Assembly: GCF_018336915.1 (NCBI RefSeq)
Contig: NZ_CP064923.1
Coordinates: forward strand, 4,650,001-4,682,000
Source: Acaryochloris marina S15
GTDB lineage: Bacteria; Cyanobacteriota; Cyanobacteriia; Thermosynechococcales; Thermosynechococcaceae
Reading direction: 5' to 3'
DNA: 32,000 nucleotides
Part shown: piece by piece, positions 10,062 through 19,514 of the stretch
Numbering within the stretch: position 1 is the stretch's first letter
Layout: each line of letters starts with the position of its first letter
Made by a program: the position numbers and the translations under genes
Notes under the pieces: generated by a model
What the model saw: the letters and a program-made list of their open reading frames with translations, nothing else
Database searches by the model: none
What the model was told of the DNA's origin: nothing

Positions 10062-12533
10062 ATGTTTGAACGCTTTACAGAAAAAGCCATTAAAGTCATC
10101 ATGCTGGCTCAAGAGGAAGCCCGCCGCTTGGGGCACAATTTTGTCGGCACAGAGCAAATTCTTTTGGGCCTCATTGGAGAAGGAACAGGCGTGGCTGCCA
10201 AAGTTTTGAAATCCATGGGTGTCAATCTTAAAGATGCTCGCGTTGAAGTAGAAAAAATTATCGGTCGCGGTTCTGGGTTTGTTGCGGTAGAGATTCCCTT
10301 TACCCCCAGAGCAAAGCGCGTTCTCGAGTTGTCCTTGGAAGAGGCCCGTCAATTGGGTCATAACTACATTGGCACTGAGCACCTGCTTTTAGGACTCATC
10401 CGTGAGGGTGAAGGGGTCGCCGCCCGTGTCCTGGAAAATCTTGGAGTTGACCTGGCTAAGGTTCGCACCCAAGTCATCCGCATGTTGGGTGAAACAGCAG
10501 AAGTCTCTGCTGGCGGTGGACAAGGACGAACCAAAACGCCAACCCTAGACGAATTTGGGGCCAATCTAACTAACCTAGCGACTGAAGGCAAGCTCGATCC
10601 GGTCGTCGGTCGTCAAAAAGAAATTGAGCGCGTCATTCAGATTCTCGGCCGTCGGACCAAAAACAACCCGGTCCTGATTGGTGAACCAGGTGTGGGTAAA
10701 ACTGCGATCGCAGAAGGTCTCGCCCAGCGCATCGCCAATGGAGATATTCCCGACATCCTGGAAGAGAAGCGCGTGGTTACCTTGGATATTGGTCTGCTGG
10801 TTGCCGGCACCAAATATCGAGGTGAGTTTGAAGAGCGCCTCAAGAAAATCATGGATGAGATTCGCCAAGCCTCCAACGTTATTTTGGTGATTGACGAAGT
10901 TCATACCCTCATCGGTGCGGGAGCTGCTGAAGGGGCCATTGATGCCGCTAACATCCTCAAGCCTGCGTTGGCTCGGGGTGAACTACAGTGCATTGGTGCC
11001 ACCACCTTAGATGAATATCGTAAGCATATTGAGCGGGATGCAGCCCTGGAACGTCGTTTCCAGCCTGTCATGGTGGGTGAGCCTTCTGTTGAAGAAACCA
11101 TCGAAATTCTGTATGGCCTGCGCGAACGCTATGAGCAGCACCATAAGCTCAGCATTTTAGATGAGTCTTTGGAAGCAGCTGCTAAGCTCTCTGATCGCTA
11201 TATCTCTGATCGCTATCTCCCGGACAAGGCCATCGACTTGATTGATGAAGCTGGATCCAGAGTGCGGTTGATTAACTCGCAACTGCCGCCTGCCGCCAAG
11301 GAATTAGACAAGGAACTTCGCAAGGTCCTCAAAGATAAGGACGATGCAGTTCGGTCTCAAGACTTCGATAAAGCGGGTGAACTGCGGGATCGCGAGATGG
11401 AGATTAAGTCCGAAATCAAAGCCATTGCTCAGAACAAAAAAAATTCTAGTGATGAAAAGACAGACGATTCTCCCAAAGTAACGGAAGAAGATATCGCCCA
11501 TATCGTGGCCTCCTGGACTGGGGTTCCCGTCAGTAAGCTGACGGAATCTGAGTCTGAGAAGCTGATGCATATGGAAGATACCTTGCACCAGCGCTTGATT
11601 GGTCAGGATGAAGCCGTACGCGCTATCTCTCGGGCGATTCGGCGGGCTCGTGTGGGTTTGAAGAATCCCAATCGTCCCATTGCTAGCTTCATTTTCTCTG
11701 GTCCGACCGGGGTGGGCAAGACAGAGCTAACTAAGGCTCTAGCAACCTACTTCTTTGGGGCGGAAGAAGCCATGATTCGCTTGGATATGTCTGAGTACAT
11801 GGAGCGTCATACGGTTTCCAAGTTGATTGGTTCACCTCCTGGCTATGTTGGCTATAACGAAGGTGGACAGCTCACTGAGGCTGTTCGACGACGTCCTTAC
11901 ACCGTGGTCCTCTTCGACGAAATTGAAAAGGCCCACCCTGATGTCTTCAATATGCTGCTGCAGATTTTGGAAGATGGTCGCTTGACCGATGCCAAAGGAC
12001 GGACGGTGGACTTCAAGAACACCTTGCTGATCATGACTTCGAACATCGGGTCGAAGGTGATTGAGAAGGGTGGCGGTGGACTTGGCTTTGAATTCGCCGA
12101 GGATGAAGCGGATTCCCAATACAATCGGATTCGCTCCTTGGTTAACGAAGAGCTGAAGGGCTACTTCCGACCTGAGTTCTTGAACCGACTAGACGAAATC
12201 ATTGTCTTCCGTCAGCTCAACAAGGCTGAAGTTAAAGAAATTTCTGAGCTCTTACTGAAGGAAGTCTTCGTCCGCTTAGAAGAAAAGAACATCACCTTGG
12301 AAATCACGGAGCGCTTTAAGGAGCGTTTGGTGGAAGAGGGCTACAACCCCAGTTATGGGGCACGTCCTTTACGTCGGGCCATTATGCGCTTGCTGGAAGA
12401 CACCTTGGCCGAAGAGATTCTCTCGGGTCGGGTGAAGGAAGGCGATACTGCCATCGTTGATGTCGACGAAAATCAGCAAGTCAAGATTGCCCCGGCTGAA
12501 AAACGGGAACTGCTGCCTCAAGCCGCAGAATAA
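10062..12533 (+). CDS. clpC: ATP-dependent Clp protease ATP-binding subunit ClpC
   Basis: Canonical N-terminus [32 protein letters not shown] with a duplicated Clp_N repeat. Two AAA+ modules are present ([20 protein letters not shown]) plus a UVR-like middle segment. The track ORF extends upstream to GTG 10014 only because no stop codon intervenes. Confidence 0.97.
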   Translation: MFERFTEKAIKVIMLAQEEARRLGHNFVGTEQILLGLIGEGTGVAAKVLKSMGVNLKDARVEVEKIIGRGSGFVAVEIPFTPRAKRVLELSLEEARQLGHNYIGTEHLLLGLIREGEGVAARVLENLGVDLAKVRTQVIRMLGETAEVSAGGGQGRTKTPTLDEFGANLTNLATEGKLDPVVGRQKEIERVIQILGRRTKNNPVLIGEPGVGKTAIAEGLAQRIANGDIPDILEEKRVVTLDIGLLVAGTKYRGEFEERLKKIMDEIRQASNVILVIDEVHTLIGAGAAEGAIDAANILKPALARGELQCIGATTLDEYRKHIERDAALERRFQPVMVGEPSVEETIEILYGLRERYEQHHKLSILDESLEAAAKLSDRYISDRYLPDKAIDLIDEAGSRVRLINSQLPPAAKELDKELRKVLKDKDDAVRSQDFDKAGELRDREMEIKSEIKAIAQNKKNSSDEKTDDSPKVTEEDIAHIVASWTGVPVSKLTESESEKLMHMEDTLHQRLIGQDEAVRAISRAIRRARVGLKNPNRPIASFIFSGPTGVGKTELTKALATYFFGAEEAMIRLDMSEYMERHTVSKLIGSPPGYVGYNEGGQLTEAVRRRPYTVVLFDEIEKAHPDVFNMLLQILEDGRLTDAKGRTVDFKNTLLIMTSNIGSKVIEKGGGGLGFEFAEDEADSQYNRIRSLVNEELKGYFRPEFLNRLDEIIVFRQLNKAEVKEISELLLKEVFVRLEEKNITLEITERFKERLVEEGYNPSYGARPLRRAIMRLLEDTLAEEILSGRVKEGDTAIVDVDENQQVKIAPAEKRELLPQAAE
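10704..10711. repeat. HIP1 octamer
   Basis: exact GCGATCGC. Confidence 0.95.
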
Positions 12534-12556
12534 TCAACGACCTGCTCATTGCTGAA

Positions 12557-12590
12557 AAAGGGAAATCCGAAAGGGTTTCCCTTTCTTGTT
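12557..12590 (+). terminator. rho-independent terminator downstream of clpC
   Basis: AAAGGGAAATCC-GAAA-GGGTTTCCCTTT forms a stem of about 12 bp (one G.U pair) with a GAAA tetraloop, followed by a CTTGTT tail, 24 nt after the clpC stop. Confidence 0.75.
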
Positions 12591-12618
12591 ACTACCTCTA
12601 TAACGCCCAGGACGATCT

Positions 12619-13551
12619 ATGACTGCAGAGACCCCTGTCCACAACCACGATCACCACGACCATGATTCCTGTACTCACAGTCACGGCGTTATCGATCCCA
12701 GTTTGGCGAGTTCTGAACGGGGCTTGTGGGCCGTCAAATGGTCTACGGCGGGACTGCTCATCACGGTTTTACTCCAAGTGGGTGCGGTTTATCTTTCTGG
12801 CAGTGTGGCCCTCTTGGCTGACTTACTCCACAACGTCGGCGATATTATTAGTGCTTTACCCTTGGGCATTGCCTTTTGGATGGGACGATTGGCCCCTAGC
12901 CGTCGATTCCAGTATGGCTATGGTCGAGTTGAAGATTTAGCTGGCGTCATGATCATTCTGATTATTGCGGCTAGCGCCGTAGCTACGGGATATGAATCGA
13001 TTCAGCGATTTATCCATCCTCAACCTTTGGAGCACTTGGGAGCCGTTGCGATCGCAGCCGGTATCGGTTTCATCGGCAATGAATCCATTGCTCTATTTCG
13101 CATCCGAGTCGGCAAGGAAATTGGTAGTGCAGCATTAGTCGCAGATGGATATCATGCCCGCACTGATGGGCTTGTCAGCTTAGCAGTGGTCATCAGTGCC
13201 ATAGGGTTATGGCTGGGCTACCCTTGGGCTGATCCAGTGGTGGGGTTAGGGATTACTTTCGCTTTACTGCATATTGTTTGGGATTCTGGCCAGACCGTTT
13301 TGACGCGGTTACTAGATGGCATTGAGCCTGGAACGACAGAGCAATTACAGCTGGCCCTTGCCGAATATGACTATACAAATTTAAAGGCCCGATGGATGGG
13401 ACATCAGCTTTATGCTCAGGTTTGTCTGGCAGTAGAGCCTGAGATGAGTGTTGGAGACGGGGATGCGATCGCAAACCAGCTTCGTACTCACCTCCAACAA
13501 GAAATTCCTTATCTATCAGACATTTGTATAGAGATGCAGAAAAAATCCTAA
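12619..13551 (+). CDS. cation diffusion facilitator (CDF) family divalent-metal efflux transporter with a His-rich N-terminus
   Basis: 310 aa. His-rich leader HNHDHHDHDSCTHSHG. The TM2 motif LLHNVGD and the TM5 motif DGYHARTD (HxxxD pairs) are typical of CzcD/ZitB-like CDFs. A cytoplasmic C-terminal domain is present. Confidence 0.9.
   Translation: MTAETPVHNHDHHDHDSCTHSHGVIDPSLASSERGLWAVKWSTAGLLITVLLQVGAVYLSGSVALLADLLHNVGDIISALPLGIAFWMGRLAPSRRFQYGYGRVEDLAGVMIILIIAASAVATGYESIQRFIHPQPLEHLGAVAIAAGIGFIGNESIALFRIRVGKEIGSAALVADGYHARTDGLVSLAVVISAIGLWLGYPWADPVVGLGITFALLHIVWDSGQTVLTRLLDGIEPGTTEQLQLALAEYDYTNLKARWMGHQLYAQVCLAVEPEMSVGDGDAIANQLRTHLQQEIPYLSDICIEMQKKS
13048..13055. repeat. HIP1 octamer
   Basis: exact GCGATCGC. 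Confidence 0.95.
13465..13472. repeat. HIP1 octamer
   Basis: exact GCGATCGC. Confidence 0.95.
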
Positions 13552-13742
13552 CTCTTGAGATGCAGACTCTACTACAACACAAAATCTAACCAAACTATCT
13601 TGAATTGCCACATCCATTGACTCTAGAAGCCATCAACCGTCTGATACTTCATTTTCCGTAACCTTCAGGCACAAGAATTCAGTCTATCTAGTCAGATGTT
13701 GTACAGTGATCTGCAAAATCTGAATTCCTAGGAGTTGAGCAT

Positions 13743-14177
13743 ATGAATCTTGACCTGGCAATGACGATGGTATGGCTGTGTTTAGGGTTGAGTTTGGGGT
13801 GGTTAGGGTTACTTCTAGCCCTCAGCACAGCCAATACTCTGCAAAAGATTCAGCCCAAACAATCCAAAAAGAAACAGTCCTCGCCCTTTAAGTTAAAACC
13901 TTTCTGGCAAGGGTGGTCAGATCAGATTCAGCTTCCAGTCTCGGACCCAACAGCCAGCAAATTGTTGGGGAAGCTCATTCCAGGCGAACAGACTATCCCT
14001 GCAGCATCCAGCCCTCTTTCACTTAATCATCCCCCTTTGGCCTGTGAGTTGGAAATCAGATCCCTCTCAGTCAGTCCTAGCTGTTGTTTACTCCATACCA
14101 AGCAAGGCTCTCCACTGCATGGCGGGGCGATTTCGACTCGGTTAACTCGGTTACGACGGATGGGAGTCTTGTTATAA
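13743..14177 (+). CDS. hypothetical protein, coding status doubtful
   Basis: ATG is preceded by AGGAG at 8-nt spacing. The N-terminal segment is a hydrophobic helix followed by a Lys-rich stretch. The C-terminal half looks compositionally odd and contains a 9-bp tandem duplication. A competing antisense ORF lies at 14027-14269. Confidence 0.3.
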   Translation: MNLDLAMTMVWLCLGLSLGWLGLLLALSTANTLQKIQPKQSKKKQSSPFKLKPFWQGWSDQIQLPVSDPTASKLLGKLIPGEQTIPAASSPLSLNHPPLACELEIRSLSVSPSCCLLHTKQGSPLHGGAISTRLTRLRRMGVLL

Positions 14178-14261
14178 AAGTCATCAATTGGGAGGATTTG
14201 ACATAATTTGTAATAATTTGTTAGGGTGATGAACGGTAAGCCCCATAAAGAGTAAGTAATT

Positions 14262-14597
14262 ATGCTCAAGAAATTAATTGTTCCCTTGACCTTTGCAGCA
14301 TCAGTGTTTTTTCAGTCTGCTGCCTTGGCTCAAACGGCAACTTACTACAGTGATTACTACCAGGGCCGCCAAACTGCATCTGGCGAAATCTTCGATACAT
14401 GGGGCAATACTGCAGCTCACCCTAGCCTACCCTTCGGCACTTGGGTCCAGGTGACTAATCTCAATAATGGGGCTTCAGTCAGTGTTCGCATCAACGATCG
14501 ATGCAACTGCGGGATTGACCTCAGCAAAGCTGCTGCTGGACAGATTGGTCTTCTGCAATCAGGTGTTGCACCCGTATCCATCCAAATTCTCCGGTAA
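14262..14597 (+). CDS. RlpA-like double-psi beta-barrel (DPBB) protein, secreted
   Basis: 111 aa with a signal peptide (…SAALAQT). YYQGRQTASGEIFD…TAAHPSLPFGTWVQVTNLNNGASVSVRINDR…IDLSKAAAGQIG matches the RlpA/DPBB_1 pattern. Confidence 0.85.
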   Translation: MLKKLIVPLTFAASVFFQSAALAQTATYYSDYYQGRQTASGEIFDTWGNTAAHPSLPFGTWVQVTNLNNGASVSVRINDRCNCGIDLSKAAAGQIGLLQSGVAPVSIQILR

Positions 14598-14669
14598 GTG
14601 ACTGTCTCCAACTGTTGGATTGCAATAGATTGATCAGAATTTGCTCTGAGTTGAAATCTTGATATTTCC

Positions 14670-14704
14670 AGAAGCCTCCTAATTGAGTTAGGGGGCTTCT
14701 TTGA
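14670..14704 (+). terminator. hairpin terminator between the rlpA-like gene and the convergent gene (possibly bidirectional)
   Basis: AGAAGCCTCCTAA-TTGAG-TTAGGGGGCTTCT forms a 13-bp stem with one G.U pair, followed by a short TTTG tail. Confidence 0.55.
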
Positions 14705-14764
14705 TCTCTGCCCTCAAGTACTCAGTGCGGGTTCAGGGAAACTTAAAACATAAGAATATCTCGA

Positions 14765-15370
14765 TCAACTATTCTGCTGAAGCTTTTGAAAAATGCGCAG
14801 AAGTAGGGGAACCCCGATCAGCGCAGACGCGATCAACGCCAATAAAATTTTTGCCAGACTCGCCGTTAAAATCCCTTGATAGAGATACCAGAGGATGCCC
14901 ATCAACACGATGGCTCTGAGGATCAGACTTTGGGTTGAATAAGCGATACTGCCTTGTTGTGTAGTCAGCGGCAGGACAGATTGAGTTTCCCAAGCCAGAT
15001 TTTTATTCAAACCGAATTGGTAAGAGTCTCCTGCCAACGTAGAAATCTTGAGTACATATCCCCCTGTTAGGCTCAGCAATACTGCTTCACTCACTGTGTC
15101 GAGGAGAATCTCCCAATCTCCACAAAATAGATAGGATTCTGTCAGAATCAGCATTCCGCGCCGGGACGTTACCCATTCAAGTTCATACTGCACCGGAGAA
15201 TCGGCCTTCATCTTTCTGGCTTTCGTCACACCAGAAGCGAGTATCTGAACATTAGGGTACTGCTTTCGAAACTTCTGCAAGCGAAATGGAACGAGGTAAA
15301 ACACATAACACGTCGCACGGCTAAATCCAATCAATACTTGTTCCAGCCAGTCAGTAATATGGGAAAGCAT
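14765..15370 (-). CDS. hypothetical membrane protein (central PH/GRAM-like soluble segment flanked by hydrophobic helices; unverified)
   Basis: 201-aa ORF with an ATG start. The C-terminal hydrophobic helices are clear (LILRAIVLMGILWYLY, LAKILLALIASALIGVPLLL). I recognise no diagnostic motif. Confidence 0.6.
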   Translation of the reverse strand: MLSHITDWLEQVLIGFSRATCYVFYLVPFRLQKFRKQYPNVQILASGVTKARKMKADSPVQYELEWVTSRRGMLILTESYLFCGDWEILLDTVSEAVLLSLTGGYVLKISTLAGDSYQFGLNKNLAWETQSVLPLTTQQGSIAYSTQSLILRAIVLMGILWYLYQGILTASLAKILLALIASALIGVPLLLRIFQKLQQNS

Positions 15371-15516
15371 GGGAAAGTTGATTGCTGAAGTTTTATCAAT
15401 CTAGATTTAGGAATAATACTGCCATCTTGATACAATTCCCTATCCTTAAGTATTTCACCACCTCTGAGTGAACTAGATATCGCCCAGTATTGATTGCTCT
15501 ATTGTCCGATCTATTT

Positions 15517-16353
15517 ATGACCGCCACTCAACTCCATCCCTCCAAACAACTGAAGAAACTACAAGCTCGCCTCAGAGGGCTAGTGGGCAAGGCCGTTCGT
15601 GACTACAACATGATCGAAGCGGGCGATCGGATTATGGTGTGTTTGTCTGGTGGCAAGGACTCCTACACCCTGCTGGATATCTTGCTGCACCTACAGCGGG
15701 CTGCCCCCATTGATTTTGAGATCCTGGCCGTCAACCTCGATCAAAAGCAACCCAATTTTCCAGAACAGATTTTACCGACTTATCTAGACCAACTCCAAGT
15801 CCCCTACCGCATCGTCGAAGAAGATACCTACAGTACGGTCAAACGAGTCATCCCAGAGGGCAAGACCATGTGTGGTCTTTGTTCTCGATTACGGAGAGGG
15901 ATTCTATATCGAGTCGCTCAAGAAGAACAAGCCACCAAAATTGCCCTCGGCCACCATCGAGAAGACATTATCGAAACCCTTTTTCTCAATCTGTTCCATG
16001 CCGGCAAGCTAGAAGCCATGCCCCCCAAACTGTTGAGCGACAATCGCCAACATATGGTGATTCGTCCCCTCGCTTACTGCCCAGAAGCGGATATCCAGCG
16101 GTATGCCGATTTGCGTCAATTCCCGATTATTCCCTGCACCCTCTGTGGATCGCAGGAAACGCTACAGCGGGTCCAAGTCAAGCAAATGCTGCAAACTTGG
16201 GAACAAGAAACACCGGGGCGATTAGAAACGATCTTTCGCAGTCTACAAAATGTCGAATTATCGCAACTGGCCGATCCACAGCTTTTTGATTTTGCTCACT
16301 TGGCTATTGCCGCAACTCCTGCTGTAGATTCACCGGATAAGTCATGCCCCTAG
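15517..16353 (+). CDS. ttcA: tRNA 2-thiocytidine(32) synthetase TtcA
   Basis: PP-loop motif CLSGGKDS and Cys motifs [10 protein letters not shown] and CTLCGSQ, with TtcA-like sequence over its full length. The track start is TTG 15490; I prefer ATG 15517 (MTATQLHP...). Confidence 0.9.
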   Translation: MTATQLHPSKQLKKLQARLRGLVGKAVRDYNMIEAGDRIMVCLSGGKDSYTLLDILLHLQRAAPIDFEILAVNLDQKQPNFPEQILPTYLDQLQVPYRIVEEDTYSTVKRVIPEGKTMCGLCSRLRRGILYRVAQEEQATKIALGHHREDIIETLFLNLFHAGKLEAMPPKLLSDNRQHMVIRPLAYCPEADIQRYADLRQFPIIPCTLCGSQETLQRVQVKQMLQTWEQETPGRLETIFRSLQNVELSQLADPQLFDFAHLAIAATPAVDSPDKSCP

Positions 16354-17858
16354 CGAATATCAAGGGTCCCATCAATTCCTTCTAGGCTCAACATATCCAG
16401 ACGTTCATCTGCTTCGCCGCGCTTTTCATAAGCACCCACCTGTAAGACGGATCGGCCCTTATATCTAGATCGAAACGCATCGGGAACTAGGGTTTTGATT
16501 CTCTTGTAATCCGCTGAACTTGCAGTCTTAACGATCACCCGATAGCGAAGTCTGGAGCGCTCATCCAAGGGGGGAGGAGGTGGATTTCCAGTGCCTGAAA
16601 TTGCAGCTAACTGCTGGGCACGCCCTGCATCTCGACTGGCCGTATAAATATCCGAAGCAGGGCTATAGCGTCCCAAGGGCACATTTTCTTGAGGTACAGG
16701 GAGAACACCGCCAGAGTTAAGCGTCGATCCTGGAACCGACAAGTTAGGCAACCCTTTAGGAATGGGAGCGCTAGGAATAGGGGCAATGGCTGTGCGGCGA
16801 GGGGAAGGGACTGGAATGGGAATAGGACTAGAAAAGAATCCCTTGGATAACGGTGATTTGGCAGCCAACTTCACTAGTTTTCGCCGTTTGCTGGCTGAAG
16901 GTTTGGAGGAGGGTCTGTATCGAGTCGATTGTGGAGCTGTTAAAGGTGGAGGAGGTGGGCTTTCACCGGCTAACTCGGGTAATTCTGGATCGGTTTCCGG
17001 GCGAGGGAGGGCGATGGCACCTGGGGTTTTGCGGGCATGGGATGGGGGAATAGAAGGAGCAGACCCCAATGGCTGTCCCCTATTAGGCACTGGGATTTCA
17101 ATGGGAGATGTAATGAGATTCGTTAATTCATCCCGCTCCTGGGACCGATCTAATTTACCTTTGGCTTTTGGAGGAGCTGCGGGTGGAGTCGGTGGCTGTG
17201 GTGACTCCAAAGGGGGGAGACTATCCACTCCATCTTCAGGTGGGGCGGGCGGGGCAGACTCTAAGGGGGGAACAGCATCAGAGGGGGCTTCAGCGATAGT
17301 ATCTGCACTGGGAACTTGGTCATGGGTGAAATAAATATGGCCGAGGGTTTTGCCGTTGTAACTCCGCTTTGAGAACCGCCAACCGGGTTCTAGCTGAATT
17401 TTCAAGAAGCCATCCGTAAGACTTTGGGTTTCACCAATTTTCAGCTTGGGAGCACCCGGATTGCGGGAGGGATAACCCATCAGCACTAAGTTTCCATTTT
17501 GCTTCACCACGGAGAGACGATAGTCCATGGCATAGTCTTGCCCCCCTTGGCGAATGGAATACCCATTACTATCCGTACTCCGTCCACAAATACCGGTGAA
17601 GTCAAACTGTAGGAGCAGAGGGTCAATCACCCCAGGCTGATCCACCTTTTCTTCCCAGCAGGCCTGGGTCGATGAAATTTGCTCCAGAATAATCAGGTTA
17701 TACTGCTTCCCTTCTGCAAACGGAACTGCGATCGCAATAAATTTACTTTGGTCTACTTCTTCTTGACCAAAGGTATAAGCCTGGGCTGAATGGGGAATCA
17801 ACAGGCTCAGAAATAGGCTGGAGATCGCAACCGTAACCCGACTCAAATGATATTTCAT
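16350..17858 (-). CDS. secreted DUF3747-like protein with a long Pro-rich linker and a SPOR-like C-terminal domain
   Basis: Signal peptide (…LLIPHSAQA). From memory, the N-terminal ~180 aa (FIAIAVP…LEQIS…CWEE…[25 protein letters not shown]) resemble the cyanobacterial DUF3747 family. A low-complexity Pro-rich region of about 240 aa follows. The C-terminal ~65 aa show a beta-alpha-beta-beta-alpha-beta pattern. Confidence 0.8.
   Translation of the reverse strand: MKYHLSRVTVAISSLFLSLLIPHSAQAYTFGQEEVDQSKFIAIAVPFAEGKQYNLIILEQISSTQACWEEKVDQPGVIDPLLLQFDFTGICGRSTDSNGYSIRQGGQDYAMDYRLSVVKQNGNLVLMGYPSRNPGAPKLKIGETQSLTDGFLKIQLEPGWRFSKRSYNGKTLGHIYFTHDQVPSADTIAEAPSDAVPPLESAPPAPPEDGVDSLPPLESPQPPTPPAAPPKAKGKLDRSQERDELTNLITSPIEIPVPNRGQPLGSAPSIPPSHARKTPGAIALPRPETDPELPELAGESPPPPPLTAPQSTRYRPSSKPSASKRRKLVKLAAKSPLSKGFFSSPIPIPVPSPRRTAIAPIPSAPIPKGLPNLSVPGSTLNSGGVLPVPQENVPLGRYSPASDIYTASRDAGRAQQLAAISGTGNPPPPPLDERSRLRYRVIVKTASSADYKRIKTLVPDAFRSRYKGRSVLQVGAYEKRGEADERLDMLSLEGIDGTLDIR
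17728..17735. repeat. HIP1 octamer
   Basis: exact GCGATCGC. Confidence 0.95.
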
Positions 17859-18377
17859 GACTCCTATCCGCTTCCCAAAAAGTGAGTGACTTGCTACTAA
17901 AACTGGCTAATTTCTTTAGGAATGTCCATGACAAACCTGTGAGCTGAACGTAGATTTCTTCGGCTGCAAAATCACATTCACCCCAGAATCAAAATAGCCG
18001 GTGGTGCCAAATTTTATCCTATTTTTTACTCAAAACTAAAAGTGAAATATAAGTTAACAAATACAATTATTCTTAGGATCTAAGAGTTAAAACTTCCTGA
18101 GTATAAATAGCTATTTAAGTTCTAAAGTAGAGAACCAAAATTTAGACAAAGACGCATCGGTTACTTTGCCCAAAATGTATTATTTAACACCATCAAGTTT
18201 GATATTTCCTGCCTGAGACTCTAGGCATCAGACCAGTGGAAATACGAGATTAGATTCTAATTTTATTTTCAAAAAATAATATATCTGTACACAAATTTCT
18301 CACAGATTGCCTCAAACCGATGACGGATTATCTAGACGCCCGTTCAATCCCGTCTCAAAAATGTCCATCCTAACCCT

Positions 18378-18854
18378 ATGAATAGAAAACGCATGGCTCA
18401 ACCCATCGCCTGGGGCTATCTCTTCGGTCTACTGATGGCCTACATGGCTGTGGGGTGGGTTCTAGCAGCCTATGCAGCCCCCCTGCTGATGTGGGTTTGG
18501 ACCGTGGTGCTGATGGCTTATGTCGCCTGGGCAGATAAGGGTGCGATCTCAGGTGCAATGCTATGGGTTGTTTCCGTCGTGTGGATTGCTGCATATACCA
18601 CAGCAACCCCCCTGCTTATGAACTGGAAAGGGCCAACTTGGGCAATCTCATTAGTAGGGGTGTGGATATTCGCAATTTGGGTTGTTCTATTACTGGCGTT
18701 TGCTCAGCCAGTGATTCAGGCTTTGGGCTGGTCTCGAAAAAAGACTTTTTATCGTCTGCTGATGCTGACAGGCGCAGGATTGATCATCGGTCGTTTGCTG
18801 TACCTAGGATCAATGCCGACTCCCCCATCGATGGCCCTACTCTACATTACTTAG
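18378..18854 (+). CDS. hypothetical Trp-rich polytopic membrane protein
   Basis: 158 aa, almost entirely hydrophobic helices (4-5 predicted by eye). An alternative ATG lies at 18393. No family recognised. Confidence 0.6.
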   Translation: MNRKRMAQPIAWGYLFGLLMAYMAVGWVLAAYAAPLLMWVWTVVLMAYVAWADKGAISGAMLWVVSVVWIAAYTTATPLLMNWKGPTWAISLVGVWIFAIWVVLLLAFAQPVIQALGWSRKKTFYRLLMLTGAGLIIGRLLYLGSMPTPPSMALLYIT

Positions 18855-18871
18855 TACAGGAGATACCTCGG

Positions 18872-19435
18872 TTGCCTCAGTCATCATTTTCAAAAGATAG
18901 AAATCACTCCAACCCGAAAGATCAGAATTTCGTATCCTCTACCCCTACGGATTCTCTGTCACAGGCGATCTCTGGGCCTGACTGTATCAAACAAATCGAT
19001 CCCACTCTTCTCTCCAATTTGAATACAGCACAAGTACTGGAAATCAAGCAATTTATCAGTCAAACCATTGCCCATGAAGTGACGCAAAAAACAGCTAATT
19101 TAAGCATCAATCATAATCAGTTAGAAAGCCAGGATTTTACCCGCAAAAAGCGCAAATCAAAACTCATTGATATTCGCTTTGTCGTTGACTTATTATTCTC
19201 GCGTTTCTACGTTGTATTAATGGTGGGTAAAGACGTCCGCAAAGGTCAACGTCCTTACCCCAAATCCCGAGCAACTAAAGCAGGTAATATGATCGCTGCC
19301 TTTATGCTAATTGTGGCCATGAATCTACTGATTTCTGCCGTTTTGCTATTAGGTCTCTATTTACTCAAGTCTGCTCTAAATATTGACCTCATGCCTGGAC
19401 ATTTTTCAGATCAATTAGAAATCTTAAAAAAATAA
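18872..19435 (+). CDS. hypothetical protein with a C-terminal membrane anchor
   Basis: The track ORF 18563-19435 overlaps the upstream gene in another frame. There is no in-frame ATG until far downstream. TTG 18872 is in frame and is preceded by AGGAG (18859-18863) at 8-nt spacing. The C-terminus has a basic patch (RKKRKSKLIDIRF) and one TM helix (MIAAFMLIVAMNLLISAVLLLGLYLL). Confidence 0.5.
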   Translation: MPQSSFSKDRNHSNPKDQNFVSSTPTDSLSQAISGPDCIKQIDPTLLSNLNTAQVLEIKQFISQTIAHEVTQKTANLSINHNQLESQDFTRKKRKSKLIDIRFVVDLLFSRFYVVLMVGKDVRKGQRPYPKSRATKAGNMIAAFMLIVAMNLLISAVLLLGLYLLKSALNIDLMPGHFSDQLEILKK

Positions 19436-19514
19436 AGATATAAACTCTCTTCCACTTCATTGTGGCGCTTGTTTTAGCTCAGCTCCTTGATAGGATAGAA
19501 AAGATTTATTCTTA

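Noticed and set aside
14020-14261. Possible c-di-AMP (ydaO-type) riboswitch upstream of the cell-wall-related rlpA-like gene
   Set aside because: I could not find the conserved ACGGGG / CCGAAUCC / CAGCUAACC-type blocks. The idea came from context only.
16762-17334. 190-aa Gly-rich ORF on the plus strand inside the DUF3747-like gene
   Set aside because: It is the mirror image of the Pro-rich linker (CCN codons read as NGG on the opposite strand). It has no start context or motifs, so it is a shadow ORF.
18335-18360. GTTCAATCCC resembling a tRNA T-loop
   Set aside because: The flanking bases do not form a 5-bp T-stem, and no acceptor or anticodon arms can be drawn, so it is not a tRNA.
18563-18871. 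5' part of track ORF 18563-19435 overlapping the membrane-protein gene in another frame
   Set aside because: The overlap region translates to low-quality sequence, while the other frame gives a coherent polytopic membrane protein. A TTG with a good SD at 18872 explains the downstream gene.
19436-19514. Expected TPP riboswitch upstream of thiE (region 20565-20706 upstream of thiS also checked)
   Set aside because: The conserved CUGAGA and pyrimidine-sensor helix sequences are absent by eye. Only a covariance-model scan could overturn this.
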